DNA of 64,000 bases from positions 20,556,397 through 20,620,396 of the forward strand of contig JARDVH010000154.1 in assembly GCA_030324005.1 (NCBI GenBank), read 5' to 3'. The notes beneath the pieces are model-generated. The model was given only the letters and a program-made list of their open reading frames with translations. It had not been told where the DNA came from and did no database searches. This document shows positions 24,904 to 36,570 of this stretch, in pieces; within the stretch, counting starts at the first letter, position 1, and the number at the start of each line of letters is the position of its first letter. Both the position numbers and the translations under genes were made by a program. The stretch is from Negaprion brevirostris (taxonomy: Eukaryota).

Positions 24904-25549
24904 CTGTGTAAAGCAAAATCAAATGTAGATTGTGAACTTATATTTTACACAAATGTCAAACCTCAATTGCTATGAAAATTAATTTGCATACCCAGCAGGT
25001 TCACTTCCTAAAATGAAAAAAAAGATAAAAGGCTATTTAATTGCGGAGCAGGAAACACACCAGGTCTCAGGTTTTCCTGGGGACCTGCACCATTGTAATG
25101 TTGTAGCTACACCATAGGGATCCTTGAGTGGTGCAGAAGAAATAAACAATAGAGTGGGTGACTTGCACCATTAATTACACCCTTTGTATTTTCCTGGAAC
25201 TTCCACCATTATGCTCACCAAAAACAATTTAGATGGTATTTACAACTCTGCTCCAACACCAAGATCAATGATACTTGCCATTTTCTTGCACTTCAAGTAA
25301 TTTTCACACCACAGCTGCTTTGAAAAATAAGGTACTTGTGGCATAATTTACTGACTTGAAATACACTCTCCGTATGTTCAGTGTGATTTTCTGGACTGCT
25401 TTCGTTGCTGGTGAGGTGGGTTGAAGAGGAATTTTACTATCTCCTTCCCTCCTATTGGGCCTGGTTATTTTCTCTCTCAAATAGTGATTATGGCTACAGG
25501 AGACGGGTAGTATTTGGTCACTATACACTTGGAATTATGCTTCAGTTAC

Positions 25550-26120
25550 ACAGGCATGGGTGAGACCACATCTCGAATACTGCGCAGTTTTGTTTTCATA
25601 TTTAAGGAAGTAAGTAAATGTGTTGGAGGTGGTTCAGAGGAGGTTTACTGGATTAATACCTAGAATGAGTGGGTTGCCTCCTGAGAAGAAGTTAGGCAGT
25701 CTGGGCTCATTTCCATTGGAGTTTGGAAGAGCGAGCAGTGGCTTGATTGAAGTATATAAGATGCTGAAAGGTATCGACAAGGCGGATGTGGAAAGGATGT
25801 TTCCTCTTGAGGGTAAGTACTGAAGTAGGGGCCACTGTTTTAAAAGTAGGGGTTGCCCTTTAGGACAGAGACGAAGTGAAATTTGTTCTCTGAGGGTTGT
25901 ATCATTTTGGATCTCTGTTTAGAAGGTGGTGGAGGAGGGGGATGTTGAATTTTTTTTAGATAGATAGGCTCTTGTTAGACAAGGCAATTAAAGGTTACTG
26001 GGGGTAGGTGGGAATGTGGAATTAGAAACTCAAACAGACCAACAATGATCTTTGCATATGGCGGAGGAGGCGTGAGGGGCCAAGGGCTGACTTCTGCTCC
26101 TGTTTTGTATGTCATATGAC
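25550..26120 (+). mobile_element. CR1 (HER1-like) LINE 3' fragment
   Basis: ORF 25620..25823 LEVVQRRFTGLIP...LIEVYKMLKGIDKADVERMFPL is a typical CR1 ORF2 C-terminus; tail ctgctcct...tatg. Confidence 0.85.
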
Positions 26121-26544
26121 ATTGGGCAGGCTGGATAGATAGATCAGCTTCTCTTTTCCAGTCTGTTATTTTTATATTTGTTGTTAAATGATATGCTAAT
26201 GTGTTTGTTGATTGGGATTAAATGCAAGTTAAGTTGTTAAACCATTGCAATATCACACCAATAAAACTGTAACACTAACAATGCTTTTCTTTTAAGTATG
26301 TTTATTTTTACTGCTATGAAGGATATTATTATTTTGGAACAGCAGTGGAAACACTTGCAGAAATAAACTTTGTTGGAGCTACAGCAAAACCTGTTACAGG
26401 AATATTGGTCCCTCAACTCAAAAAACTGAAGGACTTAGCCGTGACACTGGCCCCAACTTTTACCTCATTAAATTAAACTATTCTGTAACAGGGCGAAATG
26501 TCAATTTTATGGACCCATTAATCTAATAAAATACACAGCACTTT

Positions 26545-27120
26545 TTGTTTAATTCTTTCATGGGATGTAAGCATGACTGACAAGGTCAGCACATATTACC
26601 AAATTCTAACTATCCCTGAGAATGTGGTGGTGGCAAGCCTCTTCTTGAACCACTGCAGTCCATCTGGTGTAGGTACACTGACAATGCCGTTAAGGAAGGG
26701 AACTCTAGATTAAGGTTGAAGGAACATCGGTATTGTTTTAAGTCAGGACAGCATATGGCTGGCTTGGAGGGGAATTTGCGGTGGTGGTGTTCATCTACTG
26801 CTTTTGCCTTTCTAGATTGTAGAGGCTGTGGGTCAGGAACTCACTTTGAAGGAGGCTGGGCGCAATACTGCAATGCATCTTGTAGATGGTAACGTGTCGT
26901 GATGGAGGGAGTGATTGTCTAAGCCAGTGGATGGGTGCTGATGGATCAGCTGACTTAATCTTGGATTGTATCAACTTCGAGTGCTGTTGGAGTTACACTC
27001 AACCAGACAAATAGAGATAATTCAATCAAACTCTGGAATTAGATAGTGGACAGACTTTCAAAGTCAGGGAATTGCTTGCCACAGAATTCCCAGTCTCCAA
27101 CCTGCTCTTGTAGCCAAGTC
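26545..27120 (-). mobile_element. CR1-clade LINE 3' fragment
   Basis: gagaatgtggtggtggcaagcctcttcttgaaccactgcagtccat...cctgctcttgtagcca, homologous to 1036-1545. Confidence 0.75.
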
Positions 27121-27129
27121 TCGGAAAGG

Positions 27130-27990
27130 CGAGTGTGTATGTGCGTGTGAAAGAGAGAGATGAGTGTGTGTGAGAGAGAGTGCATGTGTGCATGAGAGAG
27201 AAATGAGTGTGTGAGAGAGGTGTGTGTGCATGAGAGATAGAGAGAGATATGTGTGTGTGTGTGTGAGAGAGGGGCGAGTACTTGCGTGTGTGTGAGAGAT
27301 GAGTGCTTGTGTGTATGAGAGAGAGACACGAGTGTGTGCGTGAGAGAGACAAGTGCTTGTGCGTGAGACGAGCGCGCACATGTGTGTGTGAGAGACAGAG
27401 ACAAATGCATGCATGAGATGAGTGCGCGCGTGTGATAGAGATGATAGAGACAAGTGTGCGCATGTGTGTAATACAGACAAGTGCGCGCATGTGTGTGTGA
27501 GAGATGAGTGCTTGTGTGTGCGTGAGAGAGACACAATGGCATGTGTGTGTGTGTGTGAAAGAGAGAGTGAGACGAGTGCGTACGTGAGAGACGAGTGCGT
27601 ATGTGAGAGATGAGTGCGTACGTGAGAGACGAGTGCACGCGTGTATGTGAGAGATGAGTGTGTGTGAGGGAGAGAGCGAGATGAGTGCTTTTGTGTGTGT
27701 GAGAGACGAGCGCGTGTGAGAGAGAGACAAGTGCATGCATATGATAGAGAGACAAGTGCTGGTGTGTGTGTGAATGAGAGGGGCGAGTACACACCCGTGA
27801 GAGATAAGCGAGTGTATGTGTGCGTGCGCATGAGAGACAGATGGAGAGTGTTCATGAGGGAGATGGAGAGTTTGCTTATACGTGAGAGATGTGAATGAGT
27901 ATGCACAAGAAAGAAGGACTGTGGGCGTGAAAGAGGTGTGTATGAGTGAGCCAGAGAGAGAAAGAGAGAGAGGTTAGAGTGAATCTACGT
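27130..27990. repeat. Compound (GT)n/(GA)n low-complexity tract
   Basis: ~860 bp of interleaved gtgtgt and gagaga with a recurring gagatgagtg/gagacgagtg unit; it explains the long His/Thr/Ser/Leu ORFs. Confidence 0.95.
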
Positions 27991-29956
27991 ATCTGTGAGT
28001 GTCCAATTCTGTGCATTGAATTTTCCCAAATTTGAATGAGTTATAGGTTCAGACTGAAATCTGCATGTATCTCTCCAGATGTACAGCCAAGGTTTCATTC
28101 CAGATTTTGAGGCACTCTATGCACAGAGAATCTGGGGCCTGATTTAAATTGTCAATCTAACAGAATGGGGTTCCTCAGCTGGCAAGGCTGCCTCCACAGA
28201 GATCGGGTTGCCATATTTAAAGGGCACCCCAATCTGTGCCTGACTATAAACATCTCCACAGACATGGAAGAAACCCCACATGTACCAGGGCGATAACCAT
28301 TCCCCCATCCCGAACCCACAAGCATTAAGGCGATCCTCTCCCCAACCCCCAACCACATAAGCATCGGGACACTCTCCCCTCTCACAGGCCTCGGACTCAG
28401 CCCACCACTCACAGGCATCGGGAAGTGCACCCTCCCCAGTAGAGGAATCTCCTCAAAGGGGCTCCCCAGAGAGTCAGGATGGCACTAGTGGACATGTCCC
28501 GCACCACCTGGGGACTATTACTTACCTGTGCACTCCCAGATAATATGCTACATACTGATAATAGGCTCATGCCCTTCCTGGGCCTGAACTAACTGTGCCA
28601 TAGGAAAGGGGTTGGGAAGATCACGTTCGGAAATCTCGCTGGTGCAAATGCGTTTTTGGCCTCTTATGAAATGTAGCCATCATTAAGGGATATAGGCCCG
28701 CAGCTAATGTGGTCGCTAAGCTGCAGCCTGTGTGTCTGGGGAGAGAGGTGGGAGTGTGTGTGTGCATCCAATATAAGAATCCAGTGTTCCAGAAGCACTC
28801 TCCCTGTTTGAATCAATGGAGCAGCAACACTCCTCCCATTAGGGATGATAAAGAGATAAAACTTGTGTACATTTTTTAATACAAGAACTTCGTAATTATA
28901 TTAAACATATACGTGTAGGAAATAGAAAATACTTCTGTAAAACATATTTATATGTCTGTACCTATGTGTGGAAACAATAATTTTTGTGGTTTGGCTCTAA
29001 GAATGTTTCTCGGGGGGTTCCTTCTGTACTCTTGGGAGGTTGAAATATTTAGGAAGCCCTGCACATGGGCAATGCCAACTAACTCATTTTGCACCATACT
29101 GGAGTAACAAATATGCTAACTGCCCAATCGTGACCACCACGCTGAACAACAGTGTCAAGCTGGAGGTGAACAGGAAAACACTGCTACTGCCTGGGAGGTG
29201 CCCACTTCACTGGAGTTGGGGCATTGTTCCTGGTGTTCCCAACAATACCAATTTAGGTCCTTTCTTGAAAAGTTTTATTTAATTATGTTATTATAACAAA
29301 ATCACGTGTTCCCCTGCTTAGAATTAAATAGTGAAATCATGTTATTTAATATCCAATGGGATTCAAGCTCAGCAGTTCTTGAGTTCAGCCAGCATATATC
29401 GAGATGAAAAAATGCCTGATGTACTTAAAATTTTGTGAAATGATTGTCCCATTTTGTGGTATTTTTCTGCAATGTTTATACTTGCTGTAAAATTAGCCAT
29501 AAACGGGATGGTGCATTAACACTGGGCATTAGTGTAGGGAGCTATTAAACAATGGACTGCATGCTTATATCAATATTTCCCTCCACATCGTGNNNNNNNN
29601 NNNNNNNNNNNNNNNNNNNNNNNNNNNNNNNNNNNNNNNNNNNNNNNNNNNNNNNGCGCGCAAAACAAATTTTCAAGCCACCTTGGGGCATTCTCCACAC
29701 TTTTTGGTGCTCGCGGAAAGAAGTAATTCGTCTAAGCAACCCTTCAATTGGAGGCTGATTGAAAACATTTTCAGAGGGGAAACCTGATTTTTCAATAAAT
29801 TATATTGGAAAGCAAAGTTAAAAAAAACCCGAGAGCTTTGCAGCTATAAACTACACCTGCTGGAAGCTCTAATATTTATATATGGATACACGGAATACGC
29901 TATTCAGCTTTTACAATCTGTGAATTTCCAATAACGTGCCAGATTCTTGGTCTCAC

Positions 29957-30064
29957 CTTGAGCTCCCCTGCAGCCACCTTGAATGAGAGTTCAACGACGC
30001 AGCCAACAGCCATGCGAACAGCACTAGAGGAATGCATTTCATTCCACACAGTGTCACTGTCCAC
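29957..30064 (-). CDS. HDAC5: HDAC5 exon: [36 protein letters not shown]
   Basis: 108 nt; acceptor ttgcag, donor gtgaga. Seen inside ORF 29900..30103. Confidence 0.96.
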
Positions 30065-30444
30065 CTGCAAAGAGGAAAGAAATCTTACTTTCCAAGATGC
30101 CACTTAACAAGTCATATAATTGTCAATTCAGTGCAATTTGTTCATCTAAAATAACTACAGCATTTATATAGTCCCTTTGGTGCAGGAAAACTTCACAGAT
30201 GCTTTATCAGCTAACCATTGATGCAGGGACAAAGATGATGTCAGGATGCATAACTAAAGGGTTACCTAAGGGGAGTGGGAGATGCTAGAATTGAAGAAAT
30301 GTCAAGTTCTGGAGAATCGTAGGCCTTGTGTGCATGCAGTGAAAGATAGAGCTGGAGCTGTTACACACTTCATACACTTTCAATTAGAAAGATACACATC
30401 ATAACCATGAACTTCCAAAAACTCAATAGTCACAGTTTCAGACT

Positions 30445-30700
30445 GCTCCTATACATAAGAACATAAGAAATAGGAGCAGGAGCAGGCCATCTAGTCCTTC
30501 GAGCCTGCCCCGCCATTCAATAAGATCATGGNNNNNNNNNNNNNNNNNNNNNNNNNNNNNNNNNNNNNNNNNNNNNNNNNNNNNNNNNNNNNNNNNNNNN
30601 NNNNNNNNNNNNNNNNNNNNNNNNNNNNNNNATCCCCCTCGCTATAAAGGCCAGCATTCCATTCGCAAAGGCCAGCATTCCATTTGCAGGTTTCCCAATT
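30445..30700 (-). mobile_element. CR1 3' end spanning a gap
   Basis: cataagaacataagaaataggagcaggagcaggccat is a CR1 tail microsatellite; aaggccagcattccatt follows the gap. Confidence 0.75.
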
Positions 30701-30954
30701 AATTACCACTACTTGAAGACAATTAAATACCCAACTGTTGCACAATTAACATGGCAGATGCAACAGAGATAGGAAGGGGGCAAGGCCATGAAGACATTTG
30801 ATGACAACTTTAAATTTGACGGATTAGTGGACCAGAAACCAGGATATGTTCCATAAAGCAATCTTCCCAATGTACAGGAGACTACATTGTGAGCAAGGAA
30901 ATAATTTGTTTGAATATAGAAGCTGTCTGGGGAGGAAGGGAAGTGGCAGAGGGA

Positions 30955-31510
30955 TTGAGGTTGCTTGCCATTTCAATTTACTATCTCGTTCTCATGCTCA
31001 CATTCCTGTTGCAATGTCCCAGTGAAGCCCAGTTCAAGCTTGAGGAACAGCACTTTATCTTCTGAGTACACATCTGACTAACTTTTGGATTCAAATTGAG
31101 TTCAACAACTTCAGACCATGAACTCTATCCTTCATTTTGAATATTTATTCCCACCACACCCCCTGTACCATTTGGTATCTTGTTTTTTTTTCAGACAGCA
31201 CTGGCTTTTATTTTTGCTATTAACACTTACTTGGGACCAATACTTTCTTTACCACAGCCATTACCACTCCCTTTGCATTTTGTTCCATTACATCTTTGGT
31301 ATTTAATCTCCTTTGCCCTCTAACCTATCTTCCTTTTTTCCACCTGACCTCCCCTCCTCCCCTTCCTCAACAGCATAATACCCACCATATTTCTACCTCT
31401 CTTCAGTTCCAAAGAAGTTTCATATTGGACTCGAATTGTTAACTCTTGTTTCTTTCTCCACAGATGCTGCCAGACTAGCTGAGTTTTTCCAGCACGGCTT
31501 TTATTAGATT
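30955..31510 (+). mobile_element. Penelope-like element 3' fragment (GIY-YIG C-terminus plus terminal repeat)
   Basis: Remnants translate as KLEEQHFIF* and IEFNNFR; ends with gttaactc...ccacagatgctgccagactagctgagtttttccagca. Confidence 0.75.
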
Positions 31511-31688
31511 TCTCACCAAATACCCTTTTCTTAGAGCTAGAAATTGGGCTGCACAAAAGATGCTTTTCAGGCGCCACTAGAACTAGTAATTAAGTCCTCA
31601 ATATGGCAGGCAGGAAGCAAGTACACATTTCTAGCTGGAGGTACACTGACTGCCAGATGAGTAAGGGCAACTATGTAAACAAAAACCT

Positions 31689-31842
31689 GGGGGGAATTCC
31701 CTGGCCTCCGTAGTGTATTTCTTGTTGTGGTAGGCATTTGCCAGGGGTGGGATCTTCTATTGCCACTGCACTCCATGGAATTTCGCCACATGGGGAAATC
31801 TGCAGTGGGGCGCACCATTGGTGAGACCAGCAGATTCCACCT
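31689..31842. mobile_element. Short MITE-like element
   Basis: Imperfect terminal inverted repeats gggggaattccctggcctcc / gagaccagcagattccacc. Confidence 0.45.
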
Positions 31843-32626
31843 ATGTCAACAGCTGAAAAGGTCCAGGCCTATTCCCTCTCTAAGACTGATTTGCTGAGGC
31901 AGTTACTGGCATCAGGGGTTGTACACAAGGAAACTAACTCTAGGTATCATCTGCAACAAAAAGCTAGCTTAAAGGTAGAATGAGCAGAAAAAGAGTATCC
32001 CTCTCAACCCACAGTAAGGAAAGGGATCACCACCACTGCCTGCCCCATCCTCTGATGCACTCAAGCTGATGTCCCATCACTGCTACTTTTGGCTTGTGTC
32101 CCATCTCTCCTTACACAGACCCCTGAACTCATGTTCACTCACCATATCCTATCATATCCAAACAACAGTCCTATTGTTGGTTCCATGTAAATGGACCTAA
32201 TCCAGACCAACTACTGAATACAATGTTAACAGCAGCCTGATTCTTCATTATTTTTAGCTGATCTGCTTGGTGCCATGCCAGCTCCTGCATAATGCAGCCC
32301 AAGACTCAATACCTGGAGTAACTGGAAGGAATGTGTCTTCTTTCAAATGTATGGACCCTAATATCTATTCTGTGTCTTTTTGATAGGAAGCTGAAATTCA
32401 TCACACAGAAGCGCTGATTCATTCATCGCTTCATAGCAATTGTAACATAGTACGGTATAGCTGCAACTGATGTGATATTTTAATCTCAAAATGTTTTTGC
32501 TCTATTAATGTGCACAAATATCAAACTACTTTTCAATATTAGGGTAAATCAAGATGTATCAACTCTGATGGAACAGTAGTAGGAAAGGAAAATTTACATA
32601 ATTTGTCTCAAGAAAGTTTTTGGGGG

Positions 32627-33056
32627 AGGGGACGATATTACCGGCTCATCCTGCGGTAAGCCAGTGGGATCGCAAAAGAGGTGAAAAACTGGCATTGTGC
32701 CAGGTTTCCCTCTCTCATGATACTGCCCGCACTGTGGAGCCGGTGTGATCAGGGGGAGTGGGGTATGATGTCCACAGGGGGTTGGGGGAGTGAGATATCT
32801 CCCAGTGCATTAACGATGTACTCTTGCAAACAGTTAGTGCACTGGGAGATTGGCGCATGCACAATGGCGCCCTCTAGCAGTCAGCAGCTGACTTTCTGGC
32901 AAGAACAGACTCTGTCCACTCCCCCTACTGACGAGAATCAAACTTTGCCTCTTTTTGTCTCCAAGTTGGNNNNNNNNNNCCAAAATGTGGACACGATTCT
33001 CTCTCGTCTTCATACTCGTTTGGCACTTAGGCCTTTTTTTGGTAAAATTGTCCCCT
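32627..33056. mobile_element. MITE-like non-autonomous DNA transposon
   Basis: 16-bp TIRs aggggacgatattacc / ggtaaaattgtcccct (14/16 match); GC-rich interior with a 10-N gap. Confidence 0.65.
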
Positions 33057-34364
33057 TTGTGTTTTCCTTTAAATTATTACTTGGCACTTCCTTCACACTA
33101 AAAATTATAATTTTTTAAAATTAAAATAACAATAATAATCACTTGTGGTGAGAAGCTTTTGGTCCATAGGATGATCCATGAACAAAGGAGATTGGTTCCT
33201 AGTTTAAATCACTCAACATCTATCAACAACACATTAGTTGTAAACATCAAATTCAGATAAATTTTACTAGTATGTCTATGACATTTCAGAATGCTGAACA
33301 ATTTTTGGTTAACCTATTATAAACCTGCCTGATAAAATACAACTTGTTCCAGCGTGTAGAGATAAATCATCAAGCTTTTAATTTGTTAGAATATAAAGCA
33401 AGAATCAAGAAAAAGTCATCAACTACTTTACTTCCATAAGCTAGTGCCTAATGAACGCCACCTAATTCTCCAATTTCCCAAGGAAATATCTCCAAAGTTC
33501 TTATGTTCTCCTGATGATGAATGGGACAAAATTCCAGAGTATGTATTTAATTTACATTTTGAACTAGTCGCTTTTTTATTTGACATTTTCATGCACACAG
33601 CACATTATTATTTTTACTTTTGACTGATATTTACAAATTAAAGAAAGACAGCTCAAATTAAATACTATATAATTTTAAATACAAAAATAATTATTCCTGT
33701 CAAATTTGGTGTCAGTATAAATGTGTGTAAATACAAATTTGTAAGAGTGAATGAACCCAAACACACTTCAATATTGCCTGGTAAATACAAGTAATTTATC
33801 CATTGAAATTGTGAGACAGTGAACTGTACTGTTGGATAGGAAGATGCCAATATTGGTTCAACTTTGGTGCATCCTGAATCTCAATTTTTAAAGATAGTTA
33901 ATTTCAGATGTAGCCCGTTAGGGACAAATTGAAGCATTGCTTTAAAGTGGAGGGGGAAGAAATCCTCATGAGATGTGCTGTTGGCCTGAACCACCAACTA
34001 TCCACTATAAAGTGATACTCTTAAGGTTTCTGATTAAATTGGTGCCCAGGTCTCTTGATCAGAAATTGATCCATGGCACAGGATTCATATTTAGTGTGGT
34101 GAAGAAAACATGAAAAATAAAGAGGAAACAACAGAAAAAGGGGAAGAAAGTGGTTTCACACTGTGGAGAAATTACTGGTGGAGGTGGGTCCAATTTGAAT
34201 ATATACCAGAAACAGAAGTACAATTACCCTGTGTTTTTTTTATCTCTAGTCTACATCATACATTGGTAAACAAAAAACATTTTACAAACATGTAAAATCA
34301 GCATTATTTTGTGATCACCTAAGTTTGTGTGAGATTAGCCACCACAGCCATATAAAGAACAACA

Positions 34365-34615
34365 ACCAGAACCTGGGTCCCTGACGCTGTGATGCAGATG
34401 CACAGGGATTAGCATGCTGCATCACAGCGCCACAGTTTCTTCTGGGTGTTCCTGTTTCCTTCCACAGTCTGGAGATGTGCAGGTTAGGTGGACTAACCAT
34501 GCTAAATTGCCCCTTAGTATCAAGGGGACCAGCTAGGATAAATGCATGAGGTTACAGGGATAGGGCCTACGTGGAGTTGTGGTNNNNNNNNNNCGATGGG
34601 CCAAATTCTATGTTT
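34365..34615 (+). mobile_element. Rearranged V-SINE (inverted head plus internally deleted body)
   Basis: Head fragment on minus at 34365-34401; head and body on plus from 34401. Confidence 0.7.
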
Positions 34616-34619
34616 CTTA

Positions 34620-35270
34620 TGCTTTTGCTTTCAGACGGCGCTGACCTTTATTCTATTATTAACATCTACTGTGGACCTATGCTTTCTGTCTTTAATACTA
34701 TCATTACAACTACCATTGACCCAAGTTCTTCGACATCTTTGTAATTTAAACTCCCCACTCTCTAACCTATCCCTGATCTTCACTTTTGCTCCACTTGCCC
34801 CTTCCCACTTTTTCAACAGCTTAAACCCCATTACATTCCTACTGCTCTTCAGTCCCAAATAAAGGCTGCATGGTGGCACAATGGTTAACACTGCTGCCTC
34901 ACAGTACCAGCAACTTGGATTCAATTCTGGCCTTGGGTGACTGTCTGTGTGAAGTTTGCACATTCTGCCCGTGTCTGCACGAGTTTCGTCCGGATGCTCT
35001 GGTTTCTTCCCATACTCCAGACGTGCAAGTTAGGTTGATTGGCCATGCTAAAATTGCCCCTTGGTGTCCCAAGATACATAGGTTACTGGGGTTCTGGAAG
35101 CCTAAGTAAGAGACGGTGCAGACTTGATAGTCCAAATGGCCTCCTTCTGCACTGCAGGGATTCTTTGATTTTATGAAGAATCAAATTGGTCTTGAACCGT
35201 TAACTCTGTTTCTCACTCCACAGATGCTGCCAGACTTGCTGAGTTTTCCAGCATTTTCTATTTTTATTAA
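34620..35270 (+). mobile_element. Penelope-like terminal fragment split by a SINE insertion
   Basis: Homologous to 31190-31510; resumes after the SINE with gaagaatcaaattggtcttgaaccgttaactctgtttc...cagatgctgccagac. Confidence 0.7.
34864..35175 (+). mobile_element. HE1-like V-SINE, CR1-type tail
   Basis: Full head; tail ggcctccttctgcactgcagggattctttgattttatga. Confidence 0.88.
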
Positions 35271-35635
35271 GATCTTGAGTGGACTTGGCAGGATGGATGC
35301 TGAGACAGTGCTTCCATTTATTTGCAAAATGAGAACTAAGGAGGCATGGATTAAAAGTAAGAAGTCTCCCACTCAGGACAGAGACAAAGAGAAATCTTTT
35401 CTCTCTGAGGGTCATTAGGCTGTGGATTGTGCTTCCTCAGAAAGCAGGGGTCATTGAATATATTCAAGGCAGAGTTAGATTTTTGATTGACCAGGGAATC
35501 AGGTGTTATGGAGACACGTGAACACAGGAAAGTGGAGTTGAGGCACATTCCAATCAGCCATGATCTTACTGAATGGTTGAACAGTCTAGAGGGGCTGAAT
35601 CGCCTCTTTCTGCTCCTAATTCATATTTTTCATAA
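35270..35635 (+). mobile_element. CR1 3' fragment
   Basis: tctctgagggtc...tattcaaggcagagttagatttttg...cagccatgatcttactgaatgg...tgctcctaattc. Confidence 0.78.
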
Positions 35636-36340
35636 GCTATTCATATGTGTAGTGTCATAATTAGCATCGCCTGGTTAAAGCAGATGTAGAGTGTTGCTTG
35701 TGATTAAGATAGTATGTGAGTTATTTCCTATCATTGTGCCTTTNNNNNNNNNNTGTGCCTTTTTTTCAATTTTTATAGGGATTATTTACTGGCAATATAC
35801 ATGACAGCTGTTGGTGTTTGGAAGCCACATGTTCAAATTACAGCACCAAAAAGAGATTCATTTTGATGTCTGGTCCAACATTACAGCAGAGAGCTGCAAA
35901 GGCTTTGGAAGTTTTTTAAACAGATGGAATAACGTTAAGTGAAGTATCATCATTGATTTAAATCTGCTGTTGGTTATTTTGCTTCTGTATAGTCTTAATA
36001 CACTTGAAAATATAATCTTTTCATTACTGGTTGGAAAAATCGATGGTGTATGGTGGGTTCTGAGGCATTTGAGCACATATTACAATTACAAAAAGATCGA
36101 TTGAAAGATCAACTTTTGGTTTATAGGGATTGTATGCTTGCCTTTTCCACACTAACTTTTTTTTGGATATGAATGAAAAAGAAGTGATTTGAGCCCTGGG
36201 AAATCCAAATTGGTACTTCTTAAATTCAATAACTCCCAAAATCTGAGAAATGAAGTGTTGTTAACATAGAATTACAGAGCGGGTTACTCAAACACCCCTA
36301 AACTTGTGGATAAACTAGAGCTAAGTTGTTTAGTGAATTG

Positions 36341-36570
36341 GCACAGTAAGAACTCTCACAACACTAGGTTAACGTCAACAGGTTTATTCGGAATTGTGAG
36401 CTTTCGAAATAGTGCTCCTTCATCAGGTGAGTGGAACCTGTCCTCCACTTGGCTGAGGAAGGAGCAGGCTCCGAAAGCACGTGATTCCAAATAAACCTGT
36501 TGGATTTTAACCTGGTGTTGAGACTTCTTACTATGCCCATCCTAGTCCAACACCAGCATCTCCACATCAT
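36341..36570. mobile_element. Palindromic Penelope-derived element with two hammerhead-ribozyme-like cores
   Basis: Arms 36341-~36435 and ~36444-36536 are reverse complements; each carries CTGANGA-A-GGAGC...GAAAGC. Confidence 0.7.

Noticed and set aside
27026-27906. Three long minus-strand ORFs (236-280 aa) rich in His/Thr/Ser/Leu
   Set aside because: All three frames are open because the CA/CT simple repeat lacks stop codons; not protein-coding evidence.
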